This document shows positions 34,849-44,862 of a stretch of 64,000 bases of DNA, one piece after another. Source of the stretch: Escherichia phage vB_EcoM_ASO2A; sequence record MZ726793.1; one strand, given 5' to 3'. Below the pieces are notes generated by a model. It ran no database searches. It was not told where the DNA came from and worked only from the letters and a program-made list of their open reading frames with translations. Numbering within the stretch: position 1 is the stretch's first letter; every line of letters starts with the position of its first letter. The position numbers and the translations under genes are program-made.

Positions 34849-36414
34849 GTGTCAACAGGAAAAAGAACGTACACTAAAAAGTCAGAATACTGGGACAAAG
34901 GTGCTGCAAATAAAGCTGCTCTCTCTCCAACAAAAGAGGCAGAGAAAGAGAAAACGTTACTCCTGTCACCTGAAATAGGAACGATCGGATTAAACTCAAT
35001 CAAAGCATTTACGAATTTCATGCAACCTTATGAGACTCGTTTCCCAGAATGTATTCGCACTTTTAAAGAGATGGGTGAAGACCCTGATGTAGCTACTGCT
35101 CTTGACGCTACATATATCTTTGTAGATAGAGCATTCTTTGATTTCAAGATAAAATACAATGTAAACTCGGCAAAGTCAAGAAAAGCTGCTAAGTTTATTG
35201 ATTACATGTTACGCAATATGCAAGCCCCTCTACGTCAATATGTTAGATCACTTTTGACATATAAGCAATATGGTTTTGCATTTGCAGAGAAAGTTTATGA
35301 GTTGGATGAAGATCCTAAAAGTCCTTACTTTGGGTATTGGCGATTAACCAAACTGGCTTTTAGACCACAAGACACTCTTCACATGGCTCAACCTTTTACA
35401 TATTCGGCAGACGGACGTTCTATTCTATCTGTTAACCAGAATATCACCAATACGATGTTAGCTCCAGGCAATACAACTTTAGAAACTGGTATTAAAGAAA
35501 TTCCTTTCAGTAAAGTTTTATTTGTTGGTAGCAACATTACAGAGAATAACCCACTAGGAGTTAGTCCGCTTTTAGCTGTATATCGTAGCTGGCGTGAAAA
35601 ATCTCTTATTCAGGAATTTGAGGTTATTGGGGTATCTAAAGATTTAGGTGGTATGCCAGTTCTTAAGGTTCCAAGTGACATTCTAAACAGGGCATCTTTA
35701 GATCCTGCTGGGGATGAAGCACAATCTCTTCGAGTTCTCCAAGCCAACATCGCTAACCTGCACTCTGGTGAGCAAGCCTACATGGTATTGCCTTCAGACG
35801 TTTATGAAGGCACAGTGATGCGTCAATACGATCTTGTATTCCAAGGTGTTGATGGCACGGGTAAACAGTTTGACACTCAAGCACTAATCAAACAACGCAA
35901 GCTAGATATTTATAACCGCTTTGGTGCGGGTGTGTTGATTATGGGTGATGGTGATGCAGGAAGTTTTGCGCTTTCTGACAACAAACAAACACTATTGTCT
36001 CATTTTATTGAGCGAGATGTAGATATTGTTGTAGAAGCTATAAACTCTCAACTGATCCCTCAAACACTACGACTAAACAATATCTTCCTTTCTGATGAAG
36101 ATATGCCTAAGTTTGTCAGTGGTGAAATGGGTGATCCTGATATTGAAGTAAATGCTAAAGCTATTCAGCAGTTGGTAGCCTCTGGTGCAATACCTTTAAC
36201 CCCAGAAGTTATTAACGAGTTCCTTGAAAAAATTGGTTTTGAATATCGCATCCCTGACGATATTGTTGCCAATAAAGAGAAATTCTTTGAATTCATGGAT
36301 AACTATATGCCTGACAAAACTTCACGATCAGGAGATGGTTTAGCTACAGCGGGAACTGGAACATCTGATACTGTTTCTGCTTTAGATCCTTCAGCACAAA
36401 ACCTGTCGAATTAA
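34849..36414 (+). CDS. portal protein (GTG start)
   Basis: 521-aa protein immediately after the terminase gene; GGAGG RBS; assignment by position and size. Confidence 0.6.
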   Translation: MSTGKRTYTKKSEYWDKGAANKAALSPTKEAEKEKTLLLSPEIGTIGLNSIKAFTNFMQPYETRFPECIRTFKEMGEDPDVATALDATYIFVDRAFFDFKIKYNVNSAKSRKAAKFIDYMLRNMQAPLRQYVRSLLTYKQYGFAFAEKVYELDEDPKSPYFGYWRLTKLAFRPQDTLHMAQPFTYSADGRSILSVNQNITNTMLAPGNTTLETGIKEIPFSKVLFVGSNITENNPLGVSPLLAVYRSWREKSLIQEFEVIGVSKDLGGMPVLKVPSDILNRASLDPAGDEAQSLRVLQANIANLHSGEQAYMVLPSDVYEGTVMRQYDLVFQGVDGTGKQFDTQALIKQRKLDIYNRFGAGVLIMGDGDAGSFALSDNKQTLLSHFIERDVDIVVEAINSQLIPQTLRLNNIFLSDEDMPKFVSGEMGDPDIEVNAKAIQQLVASGAIPLTPEVINEFLEKIGFEYRIPDDIVANKEKFFEFMDNYMPDKTSRSGDGLATAGTGTSDTVSALDPSAQNLSN

Positions 36415-36442
36415 AAATATTTAATATTTTTTAATTTTTCTA

Positions 36443-36471
36443 TTGACAAAACAACAAATATCCTGTAGACT
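36443..36471 (+). promoter_or_regulatory. sigma70-like promoter
   Basis: CTATTGACAA-N17-TAGACT. Confidence 0.4.
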
Positions 36472-36507
36472 AAGATTTATGGGATATCTGTTTTTAAGAG
36501 GTTTCAA

Positions 36508-36987
36508 ATGGAACTCAATAAAGATACACTGTGGGAACTCTTCAAAACCTTCGCTGGTTTTAAAGAGAATTCTGAATCCCAACAAGATTCTATACCATCT
36601 CAAAAACCTGAAACTCTAGTCAAACAAAATAAATTTGATGAAGAAAAGATGCAGGTTATTGAGGTCTTGTATTGTCCACCTGAAGAAGACGATCTCCACG
36701 GAGAGCGCATGTCTGATTTGGAAATCAGGAAGATGGTTGACAACTTCAATGAGAATATTACCAACATTAGTGGTAATCTTGGTCACATGAAGAACACCGA
36801 TAAGTTTTCTCCAATTAAAGCTTGGGTAAATGAAGTCGATTGTTACATTGGTGACGAACTCGTTGTGGAAGGAACTCCCCTCGTTAAAATCCAATTCAAC
36901 GACCCTGAATTATATCAAGCTCGTAAAGACGGCGTTCTTAAAGGTTTGAGTATAGGCGCAATGGGCGTTAAAGTCAAGAAGGACTAA
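36508..36987 (+). CDS. head morphogenesis protein (possible prohead protease or core protein)
   Basis: Position between portal and scaffold genes; no catalytic motif confirmed. Confidence 0.35.
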   Translation: MELNKDTLWELFKTFAGFKENSESQQDSIPSQKPETLVKQNKFDEEKMQVIEVLYCPPEEDDLHGERMSDLEIRKMVDNFNENITNISGNLGHMKNTDKFSPIKAWVNEVDCYIGDELVVEGTPLVKIQFNDPELYQARKDGVLKGLSIGAMGVKVKKD

Positions 36988-36989
36988 TC

Positions 36990-38105
36990 GTGGCAAATAC
37001 ATATTTAACTAACGTAGACTTTTCTGGAAAAGCTACGGAAGAGTCACTAGGTGCTCATATTGCTTACACTTTTGATTTTCAAGGTGGAGCGGCATCTGGT
37101 TACAATACCCCCCTTTTATTTAAGTCAGACGGATCTCCAGACATAACTTTTGAAAAGTTAGAAGCTCTCACTAAAATGGGAGAAGATGTTACAGAGTTAC
37201 GTAAAAGCTATATTCAACAAGTGATGGATCGCATTTCTGAAAAAGTGCGTGAAAAATTTGAAGCTGGTTGGGATTGGGTTTACGTTATTGATGCTGACTT
37301 CGATGCGAACGTTGCAATTTTCTGTTCAGATAACGGTATGTTCTCTGTTGGCTTTAAAGTTGACGGACTGAATGTTGAAGTTGAAGAGGTTGCTAAACCT
37401 GTTGTTCGTGTTACTGATTATCAAGTTGTTGATGGTGATGTAATGATCTCCATTGATTTCTTTGAGGACGTTTTAGACGATGCTTTGAGTAATCTCGTTA
37501 AGAGTTCCTTGAAACAAAGTCAAGTTAAAGATTATTTAGTGAAAGCTCACGCTAAAGCTAATACAAACTCTGTGGATGCAGAGGCTAACCCCGCAGGTGA
37601 TAAATCTGCAAACACAACTGGAATCAATAAAGGAGAAACCCCTTTGGAAAATATCAACAAAGAAGAATTCCTGAAATCTGCTGAATTCCAAGAACTGATG
37701 AAAGCACAGATCGCTGAAGCTGTAGAAAAAGCAGCCGCAGATGCACGTGCAGCCGCAGAACTTGAAGCACAGGAAAAAATCGCTAAGGCAGAACAGGAAG
37801 CAGAAGAACTTCGTAAAGCTGAACAAGCTCGTATCGAAGAAGAATATACAACTGTTGTTAAATCCTATTCTTTCGTAGAAGAAGACAAAGTTGAAGCTCT
37901 CGTTAAATATCTGGTAGACAATAAAGATATCGCTGAAACTATCGTCAAAGCATTCGAAAAAGCACGTGCAGAAGTGGACGCAGTTAAGAAAGAATTTGGA
38001 ACAGAACGTGGTGTTGACGTGATCAATACTCAACCTGTAGCTAAATCTTCTTCTGAACTGATTAGTCAGAAAGCTGCTGAACTTAAAAAAGCCCAGAAAC
38101 AATAA
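36990..38105 (+). CDS. scaffolding-like protein
   Basis: C-terminal Ala/Glu/Lys-rich coiled coil (AELEAQEKIAKAEQEAEELRKAEQARIEEE); position before capsid gene. Confidence 0.45.
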   Translation: MANTYLTNVDFSGKATEESLGAHIAYTFDFQGGAASGYNTPLLFKSDGSPDITFEKLEALTKMGEDVTELRKSYIQQVMDRISEKVREKFEAGWDWVYVIDADFDANVAIFCSDNGMFSVGFKVDGLNVEVEEVAKPVVRVTDYQVVDGDVMISIDFFEDVLDDALSNLVKSSLKQSQVKDYLVKAHAKANTNSVDAEANPAGDKSANTTGINKGETPLENINKEEFLKSAEFQELMKAQIAEAVEKAAADARAAAELEAQEKIAKAEQEAEELRKAEQARIEEEYTTVVKSYSFVEEDKVEALVKYLVDNKDIAETIVKAFEKARAEVDAVKKEFGTERGVDVINTQPVAKSSSELISQKAAELKKAQKQ

Positions 38106-38124
38106 TCTTAGGAGATTAAATTAA

Positions 38125-38523
38125 ATGGCTAAAGGAATTACTTTATCTAACTCTCGCCAGGAATTCGGACACCTGGTTCTGGGTGGAGTGTTTAGCTCTG
38201 ACCTTGGACACTGTGTACGTGAAGTTAACCTGGTTAAAACAGCAACCATGAAAATTGGTTCTATCCTGAAAGCTGACAACACTGAAGCTGCTAAAGCTGA
38301 AGCTGCCGATGCTGCTAAAGTTCTGCTTTGGACTGATGCTCTGTTCGGTATTGACGATGTAGCAGTAGGTGACACTTTCACCGCAGTTGTTGGCGTACGT
38401 GATCTTACTCTGAACCGCTTTGCAGTATACTACAAAGATGGCTCCCTGGTAGATGACGCTGGCGTAGCAGCACTGGAAACACATGATCTGAAACTGACCG
38501 AAAAAGTCGTTTTCACTTCTTAA
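38125..38523 (+). CDS. head decoration-like protein
   Basis: 132 aa immediately upstream of capsid gene; host-like codon usage (CTG, CGT, GGT). Confidence 0.4.
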   Translation: MAKGITLSNSRQEFGHLVLGGVFSSDLGHCVREVNLVKTATMKIGSILKADNTEAAKAEAADAAKVLLWTDALFGIDDVAVGDTFTAVVGVRDLTLNRFAVYYKDGSLVDDAGVAALETHDLKLTEKVVFTS

Positions 38524-38544
38524 TTTTAATAGGAGATTAATATA

Positions 38545-39546
38545 ATGCCAGCAGTAATTTTAGATCAGGTTGTAGATTTCAGCCCTATGATCGAACTTCA
38601 GGATTCCCCTGATACACTGATTGCCAGCCTGAATCTGTTCAGTGTTGACTATCATTCAACTACCGCTATTGAAATCGGTAAAGAAAAAGCTGAAGATGCT
38701 CTGATCTCCGCTCGTGAGCGTGGTGGTGAGCGTAACTTCCTGACCATGAAAAATCCAGAACTGAAAGCGTTCCGCATTCCGTTCTTCCCTCTGGATAAAA
38801 ACATCAAAGCTCAAGATATTCAATCTTTCCGTAGCTTTGCAATGGCAGGAATCAATGACTCTCTGCGCACAGACGCTGAAGTTGTTAACCGCTATATGTC
38901 CCAGATTCTGCGTGACGTAGCAAAAACCAAAGAGAAAATCTTTGCAGAAGCAGTTATGGGTCGTGCCTATAACGGTGTAGGCGGTGCAGCTAACTCTGCA
39001 TACAACTGGTATACCGAATGGGGTGCTACCCAGAAATCTGTTGCTGTAGACTTTGCTTCTACCACTGTTTCTCCAGCAGCCACTATCGAACAAGAAGCTC
39101 GTGCTTACATCATCGATACTAAACAAGATGGCTCTACCGCTACCCGTATCGTAGCTCTGTGTTCTCGTGAGTTTTTCGCATCTCTGGTTAACTCTCCATT
39201 TGTTCGCCAGGCATATCAGTATTTCCAGGGAACTCCTAACCTTCTGCGTGACCGCCTTAGCGGTAACATGGATGTTCAGGTGTTCGAATGGAACGGTGTA
39301 ACTTACATTGAAGATATCCACGGTAACATCCCTGCTGGTGAAGCATATGTTCTGCCTATGGGTATCGAAGGTATGTTCCAGGCGCACTACGCTCCTGCGG
39401 ATACCCCAGAACTGGCTAACACCCAGGCTCGTGAACTGTATACCTTCATGATCAGCCAGCACCGCACTATTCAGCTTCAGTCTGAATTCTCGCTGCTCGC
39501 AGTTAACACCCGTCCAGAACTGGTAGTTAAACTGACTACGGCTTAA
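38545..39546 (+). CDS. major capsid protein
   Basis: 333 aa, strongly host-adapted codon usage, terminator directly downstream; assignment by position. Confidence 0.65.
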   Translation: MPAVILDQVVDFSPMIELQDSPDTLIASLNLFSVDYHSTTAIEIGKEKAEDALISARERGGERNFLTMKNPELKAFRIPFFPLDKNIKAQDIQSFRSFAMAGINDSLRTDAEVVNRYMSQILRDVAKTKEKIFAEAVMGRAYNGVGGAANSAYNWYTEWGATQKSVAVDFASTTVSPAATIEQEARAYIIDTKQDGSTATRIVALCSREFFASLVNSPFVRQAYQYFQGTPNLLRDRLSGNMDVQVFEWNGVTYIEDIHGNIPAGEAYVLPMGIEGMFQAHYAPADTPELANTQARELYTFMISQHRTIQLQSEFSLLAVNTRPELVVKLTTA

Positions 39547-39566
39547 TAGAACTCTGTTAAGATTAG

Positions 39567-39598
39567 AGGCTCGTCCGTGATGGGCGAGCCTTTTCTGT
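39567..39598 (+). terminator. intrinsic terminator after capsid gene
   Basis: GGCTCGTCC-GTGAT-GGGCGAGCC stem followed by TTTTCTGTTT. Confidence 0.65.
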
Positions 39599-39630
39599 TT
39601 ACAATAAGAGTTTACAACGAGGAGATTGAT

Positions 39631-39975
39631 ATGTCAAACCCAGAATTGAAACGTTACTTTAGTTATCACGAAATGATTCGTGATTTCGAATCGCTTTCAC
39701 CACTGATCGATGCTGATAAAACATTAGTATCTGCGCCACCAATGTCTTTCTATCTGAAAGATGGTCGTATTGCATTAGGTGGAAACTTCATTCACTTCCT
39801 CACGCGTTTGAGAGAAGAAACAGGTATTCTTGTGCATCCTTTTGCAAGTGAAGAACATATGGGTTACTATCTTGTAAGTTACGAAGACTATGCACCTGTA
39901 AAAATCAAAGAAGAAGTTTTAAAAGTAGAAGCGGTAGACACTCCAGCTAAAAAACGTTCCCTTCGTAAAAAATAA
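39631..39975 (+). CDS. hypothetical head/neck protein
   Basis: Start trimmed to Met19 of the listed ORF, preceded by GAGGAG; upstream part overlaps the terminator. Confidence 0.4.
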   Translation: MSNPELKRYFSYHEMIRDFESLSPLIDADKTLVSAPPMSFYLKDGRIALGGNFIHFLTRLREETGILVHPFASEEHMGYYLVSYEDYAPVKIKEEVLKVEAVDTPAKKRSLRKK

Positions 39976-39984
39976 GGTGGGCTT

Positions 39985-40533
39985 ATGCTGAATGCGGTAG
40001 AGTTGGCACCACTGATCCGAATTCTTGTTTATAACCCTTCTCAAGAAGTATTGCCAGATGCAATGCTGATTCAGATCATCCAAACTTGGATTGATATTAT
40101 AGGGGATGAAGATAAGGATAAGTGTGCAGTATTGTGGAACAGCTTGATTTCTGTTTTAGAGTATCTATGGAACAACGATGTTCTTAACAACAGTACTCAA
40201 ACAGGAGGAGCTATGTCCCGCAGAGAAAAGATGGGTGAAGTCGAAGTTGAAGTTAAATTTAACAACGGTCAAGTAACTTATAAGTCTCCGTGGGAAGATA
40301 TCTATCATAACTATTTAAATGGTCTTATGGTGATCCCTGGGTGCACGGCAGGACGAGGAGCAACCAGTAAAGTTCTTATTGGCGGTGTGGATGCTCGTGA
40401 GATTGATCGAGTAAACAGTGATCCTAACTCTGTGAATGGTCTTGGTAATGTTGCAAGTGTTGATCGTAATACACGCAACGTTAACTATTTGCGAAATTAC
40501 GGACCTGTTTCTTTTTATCGTAGGGACAAATAA
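39985..40533 (+). CDS. head-tail connector region protein (182 aa)
   Basis: Position in late module. Confidence 0.35.
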   Translation: MLNAVELAPLIRILVYNPSQEVLPDAMLIQIIQTWIDIIGDEDKDKCAVLWNSLISVLEYLWNNDVLNNSTQTGGAMSRREKMGEVEVEVKFNNGQVTYKSPWEDIYHNYLNGLMVIPGCTAGRGATSKVLIGGVDAREIDRVNSDPNSVNGLGNVASVDRNTRNVNYLRNYGPVSFYRRDK

Positions 40534-41021
40534 TGGAAAGTGAGATCTTACCAGGTGACGATACAGATTGGGAAACCATTATCAAAAAGATGATGGACCT
40601 TGAACAAGTTCAAATCGAAGCTGGTTTTTTAACAAACAAAAGGCATCCTGAATCAGATCTCACTATTCCTGCAATAGCAGCTATTCAACAATATGGTAAT
40701 GAAACAAATAACATACCTGCTCGCCCTTTTATAACAGATGGTGCTGTTATCTCACAGAACAATATTGCTAAAAAGATGAAGCAGGTGTTTGCAAATTACT
40801 TAATGAATAATGTCGGGTTAGCTGTTTTTGAGCCTATAGCGAGAGCCTCTAGAGAAGGAATAGCTCAAGCGATTGCAATGCAACGTTATCGTCCTTTATC
40901 TCCTGTGACAATTAAGATACGACAAGATAAAGGCAACTATTCTAATCATATCTTAATAGATACGGCACACATGATAAATGCAATCGAAACAAAAATCACA
41001 AAAAGCAAGTCTAAAAAATAA
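40533..41021 (+). CDS. head-tail connector region protein (162 aa)
   Basis: Position; ATGA coupling. Confidence 0.35.
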   Translation: MESEILPGDDTDWETIIKKMMDLEQVQIEAGFLTNKRHPESDLTIPAIAAIQQYGNETNNIPARPFITDGAVISQNNIAKKMKQVFANYLMNNVGLAVFEPIARASREGIAQAIAMQRYRPLSPVTIKIRQDKGNYSNHILIDTAHMINAIETKITKSKSKK

Positions 41022-41066
41022 CTTGCATAAACTTTGTTTTTGATGTATACTAAAAAGGAGATACAA

Positions 41067-41483
41067 GTGTTACTAGATCAATTTACTCTCCTTGATCTAA
41101 CTGAATACCAAGGTCGTAGACGAGTCTACAAAGAGGCTGTTGGTTCAGTTATTGCTAACTTAGAAAGTAGTGTAGAATATGAACCATTTACTATTGAAGC
41201 TGCAAGCTTACAACCGATATCTGGTAAAACACTGAATGCACTACCTGAAGGTTACAGATCTAAGGCTCAATATAGTTTCTGGACTAAAACAGAAATGAAG
41301 GGGTTACAACAAGGAACAGAACAGTTATCAGATCAGATATTGATAGATGGTAAATGGTATTCTGTTTATTCCCTTAAAGATTGGACCAGAACATCTTTCT
41401 TAGTCCATCATCACTGTGTTGCAATATTAGACGATCAAAACAACTCCTGGTCTTATGGAACAGAAGGAGGAAATTTTGGCTAA
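41067..41483 (+). CDS. neck/tail completion protein (GTG start)
   Basis: AAAGGAG RBS before GTG; start trimmed relative to listed ORF. Confidence 0.35.
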   Translation: MLLDQFTLLDLTEYQGRRRVYKEAVGSVIANLESSVEYEPFTIEAASLQPISGKTLNALPEGYRSKAQYSFWTKTEMKGLQQGTEQLSDQILIDGKWYSVYSLKDWTRTSFLVHHHCVAILDDQNNSWSYGTEGGNFG

Positions 41484-42114
41484 TATTTACCAACAAATAG
41501 AAGCATACGAAAATGCCATCTACTTAAATATAGGTGGCTTCCTTCAAGAATTAGTGGGGTTGCCAGTCTATGTTATGGATAAGCCATTCATTAAACCGGA
41601 TACTCCTTACCTAGCACTACGTATTATCACTTCCAGCGATTCTGGAGGTTGGTCTTACCGAAGCTCTATTCAAAATGATATGTATTCCTACGAGATGGAT
41701 AATACCTACGAGATTGAACTTGTAGCCTATCGTGGAAGACCTACCACTTTGATGAGCTATGTTCTGGCTGCTCTCCGTGGTGCAGAGGAATTAAAATACA
41801 AACATCTCTATTCTAAAGGTCTTGGTTTTTTAGGAGCCTCCAATATAGCTCAAGCCAATACAATTGTAGACGGAGATAAGACTGAATTAAGAGCGCGTAT
41901 GGTTATGACGTTCAACACTCGTATGAGTATTGAAGATATTGCTACTACACCAATAGAAGCAATCAACATGCACATCCGTTCATTCAGAGATAGTTACAAT
42001 GATCCTATCCCTTTAGATTTAATTCTAAACAGGGTTTATGCAATTACTTTGGTTCCAGGCGAATACTCGTCAGTCAATCAAAATGGATCATTATTTAACA
42101 ACCCTACCGAATAA
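41455..42114 (+). CDS. neck/tail completion protein (219 aa)
   Basis: Position upstream of sheath gene. Confidence 0.35.
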   Translation: MEQKEEILANIYQQIEAYENAIYLNIGGFLQELVGLPVYVMDKPFIKPDTPYLALRIITSSDSGGWSYRSSIQNDMYSYEMDNTYEIELVAYRGRPTTLMSYVLAALRGAEELKYKHLYSKGLGFLGASNIAQANTIVDGDKTELRARMVMTFNTRMSIEDIATTPIEAINMHIRSFRDSYNDPIPLDLILNRVYAITLVPGEYSSVNQNGSLFNNPTE

Positions 42115-42148
42115 ACTCATTGGAATTAAGTTTCTAACAGGAGCATAA

Positions 42149-43522
42149 ATGGCAACTTTTCGTGAAAAGGTAGCAACCGTAACTTTACTGTATGGTGCTA
42201 CATCAATTCGTGAAACCCAGTTCGATATTCCCCTGATCCTTACAGGTCAGAACGTAACTGGCGAAGCGATTCAATACTACTCTTCTTCCGATGCACTTTT
42301 GGAAGCAGGTTATGGATTAAATGATCCAGCGTATATTATGGCAGTCAAACTGTTTAACGGTTTGTTCCCACCAGATCAAGTTATGGTTGGTAAGCGTGAA
42401 GTTACAAACTTTACTCTAACTCCAATCGTAGAAGATAGTGCAACTTACACAATTACCATCAAAAATGGTACCAAGAAAAAAGAATTTAAATTCATTGCTG
42501 ATGATACTGCAACTGCACAAGAGATTGTAGTTGGTCTGACTGAAATGATCAATGCAGATCTTGTTTATGGCCCACTGTTTACAGTAGCTAACAACGGCGC
42601 TGCAATGACTTTCACTCCAGTAGAAGGTAAGTTTGGTTCTATTGACAGCACAGGTTTCACTCAAGAAACTGTCTATGCTAATGCTATTACGGAAGATATT
42701 GCTGCTCTGCATGATATTGATAGTAGCTGGTTCTGGACCCTTTCAGATTCCCATGAAACAGAAGATGTTCTAGCTTTGGCTGCATGGGTAGAAGAGAATG
42801 ATAAAGTTTACTTCTTCTCTAGTTCTGAACCTGGAATTAAAACGAAAGCAGAAGATAACGTTCTGGAACGACTGAATGACCTCGGTTATAATAACACTTG
42901 CTTTGCTTTGTGGATGACCGATGCAGATTCTGTATTCCCAGAAGCAGCAGTTGTTGGTGCAATCTGTTCTCGTCAACCTGGTTTAACTACTCTTCACGGT
43001 AAAACACTGGTAGGTGTAGAGATCGAGAAACTGGATCAGACTTCGGAAAACAATATTGTTCAACAGAACGGTAACATCTATCGTAAAGAGCATGGAACTC
43101 TGTTCTATCGTGACGGATTGATGGTTAGCGGTTTCTTTGTTGACTATGTTGTTCATGCTTTGTGGTTTAAAGCTCGCACAGAAGAATCACTGTTTACACT
43201 GTTTAAACAACAGTCTATGCTGGGTGGTGGTGTTCGTGCTACTTCAAACGGTCTGGCTTTGATTCGACAAGCTGTTCTGGCTAACCCGATCCAAGTAGGT
43301 ATCCTCAACGGTTCCATCGCTAATGAAGTTGTTACTTCTGAAGAGACTGGTTTGCGTGTCGATCTGAAACCTATTGTTTATATTCCTTCTCGTGCCGATA
43401 TGACTGATGCGCAAATCAATGCTCGTCTGGTTGATGGGATGAAGATTGAATATGTTTACGCTGGCTTCTTCCATTACGTTAAAGTTCAGGTCAACGTCCT
43501 GACTAACCGTACTGCAAACTAA
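42149..43522 (+). CDS. tail sheath protein
   Basis: 457 aa directly followed by a 159-aa tube-size protein, chaperone pair and tape measure (contractile-tail gene order). Confidence 0.6.
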   Translation: MATFREKVATVTLLYGATSIRETQFDIPLILTGQNVTGEAIQYYSSSDALLEAGYGLNDPAYIMAVKLFNGLFPPDQVMVGKREVTNFTLTPIVEDSATYTITIKNGTKKKEFKFIADDTATAQEIVVGLTEMINADLVYGPLFTVANNGAAMTFTPVEGKFGSIDSTGFTQETVYANAITEDIAALHDIDSSWFWTLSDSHETEDVLALAAWVEENDKVYFFSSSEPGIKTKAEDNVLERLNDLGYNNTCFALWMTDADSVFPEAAVVGAICSRQPGLTTLHGKTLVGVEIEKLDQTSENNIVQQNGNIYRKEHGTLFYRDGLMVSGFFVDYVVHALWFKARTEESLFTLFKQQSMLGGGVRATSNGLALIRQAVLANPIQVGILNGSIANEVVTSEETGLRVDLKPIVYIPSRADMTDAQINARLVDGMKIEYVYAGFFHYVKVQVNVLTNRTAN

Positions 43523-43568
43523 TACGGCGGGGGTTAAGCCCCCGTTATCAAAATAAAGAGGATCTATA

Positions 43569-44048
43569 ATGGATAAAATGCTTACTGGCGTAATGGCCTA
43601 CGACCCATCTCAAGTTATCCTTTCATTAGGTGGTTGGGAACCGTGGGGTTTTGCGGCTGATACTAAAATCGTTATTGCTAAATCTAACGATATTATCAAC
43701 CCTTATTCAGGGACTGATGGCGACGTTTCACTAGCTTTGAGTCGTAACCGTTTGGGAACACTCACAATGTCTTTGCAACGCACATCTCCAGCTAACGAAG
43801 TACTTGCAACATATGCACAAACAATGTATTCTACTCGTCAAGTAGCATTCAGTGTTTACTTGGAAGACCCACGTGGCTATTACATTAGCACGATTGGATG
43901 GATTCAAAGTCAGCCTGAAGATACTATTGGCGAAATGATTACAGAGAACCAATGGGTTATTGGTCTTAAAGATGCAAGCCTTCTGCGTAATGAAGTTGGT
44001 GTAGGTTTGAGCACCCTTAACTCAATCTCTGCTCTGACAATTCAATAA
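43569..44048 (+). CDS. tail tube protein
   Basis: 159 aa between sheath and chaperone genes. Confidence 0.55.
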   Translation: MDKMLTGVMAYDPSQVILSLGGWEPWGFAADTKIVIAKSNDIINPYSGTDGDVSLALSRNRLGTLTMSLQRTSPANEVLATYAQTMYSTRQVAFSVYLEDPRGYYISTIGWIQSQPEDTIGEMITENQWVIGLKDASLLRNEVGVGLSTLNSISALTIQ

Positions 44049-44054
44049 TAAATA

Positions 44055-44076
44055 AAGGGCAGAAATGCCCTTTTTA
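44055..44076 (+). terminator. intrinsic terminator after tube gene
   Basis: GGGCA-GAAA-TGCCC followed by TTTTT. Confidence 0.6.
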
Positions 44077-44093
44077 TCATTAGAGAGGAAAAT

Positions 44094-44576
44094 ATGTCAC
44101 AAGAACAAGATAACACAATTCAAAAATATGCTCGACCAGAAGAAGTAGTTGAGATTCCGTTAGATGGAAACAGATCTGTTACTTTCCGTATTATGAAGTG
44201 GAGTCCATCTAAAGTGTTTGACAGGATTCCAGAATTGGGTAGTGTTCTGGTTGTTCCTATGACTATGTATAGCACAGCAACAATGTCCGCAGACGAAGAC
44301 CTTGAGTCACGTATTGCTATGGCACTGATCCAACTTTTTGCAGGTTTGGAAGAAAAGAATTTAACTGTCTTTTTGCGTAAAATTTTAGATGAGGTTTATA
44401 CTCAAGACGGTTATAACGTTGCAGAAAATTTTGATGAATTATTTATGGCTCACCCAGAACTAGTGTTAGATCTTACGGCTAAAGTTCTGGAGGTAAACTA
44501 CGGCCCTTTTTTCAAACGAGGTTTCGGAAAACTGTTCACACAGCTTCAGGCGATGACGAGTTTAGCAGCAAATTAA
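44094..44576 (+). CDS. tail assembly chaperone, short (G-like) form
   Basis: Position between tube and tape measure genes; contains slippery site near its 3' end. Confidence 0.55.
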   Translation: MSQEQDNTIQKYARPEEVVEIPLDGNRSVTFRIMKWSPSKVFDRIPELGSVLVVPMTMYSTATMSADEDLESRIAMALIQLFAGLEEKNLTVFLRKILDEVYTQDGYNVAENFDELFMAHPELVLDLTAKVLEVNYGPFFKRGFGKLFTQLQAMTSLAAN

Positions 44577-44842
44577 CACCTGCGATTGAACATGCTATCG
44601 ACACAGCAACGAAAACCCTTACTTTGAAGTGGTATGAGGTTATTCTTTGCAAAGTCGTTAAAGATACCTCGGAAACACTGAAAACATTGGATAACTACGG
44701 TGTAGATTATCTTTTAAAACTATATGAGTATTTAACATACGAAGAGTATGTTGAAGCCATGTATGTTAAAGACACTTCAATAAAGAGAAAACATCAAAAC
44801 CAGACAAATAAAATGTCAGATTTGTTTAAGAAACTTGTTTAA
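44094..44842 (+). CDS. tail assembly chaperone, long (GT-like) form via programmed -1 frameshift at 44504-44513
   Basis: Slippery CCCTTTTTTC; the -1 frame is open from 44483 to 44842 and has only a TTG start at 44624. Confidence 0.5.
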
Positions 44843-44862
44843 TCCAACACGAGGAACATACT

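Noticed and set aside
37536-38102. Minus-strand 188-aa ORF inside the scaffold gene
   Set aside because: Antisense to the late operon; Phe/Cys-rich shadow ORF.
38656-39462. Minus-strand 268-aa ORF inside the major capsid gene
   Set aside because: Antisense to a gene with strong host-adapted codon usage; no expression signals.
43521-43550. Terminator after the sheath gene
   Set aside because: There is a GGGGG-TTAAG-CCCCC hairpin, but it is followed by TTATCAAAA rather than a U-run; at most a weak terminator or stability element.
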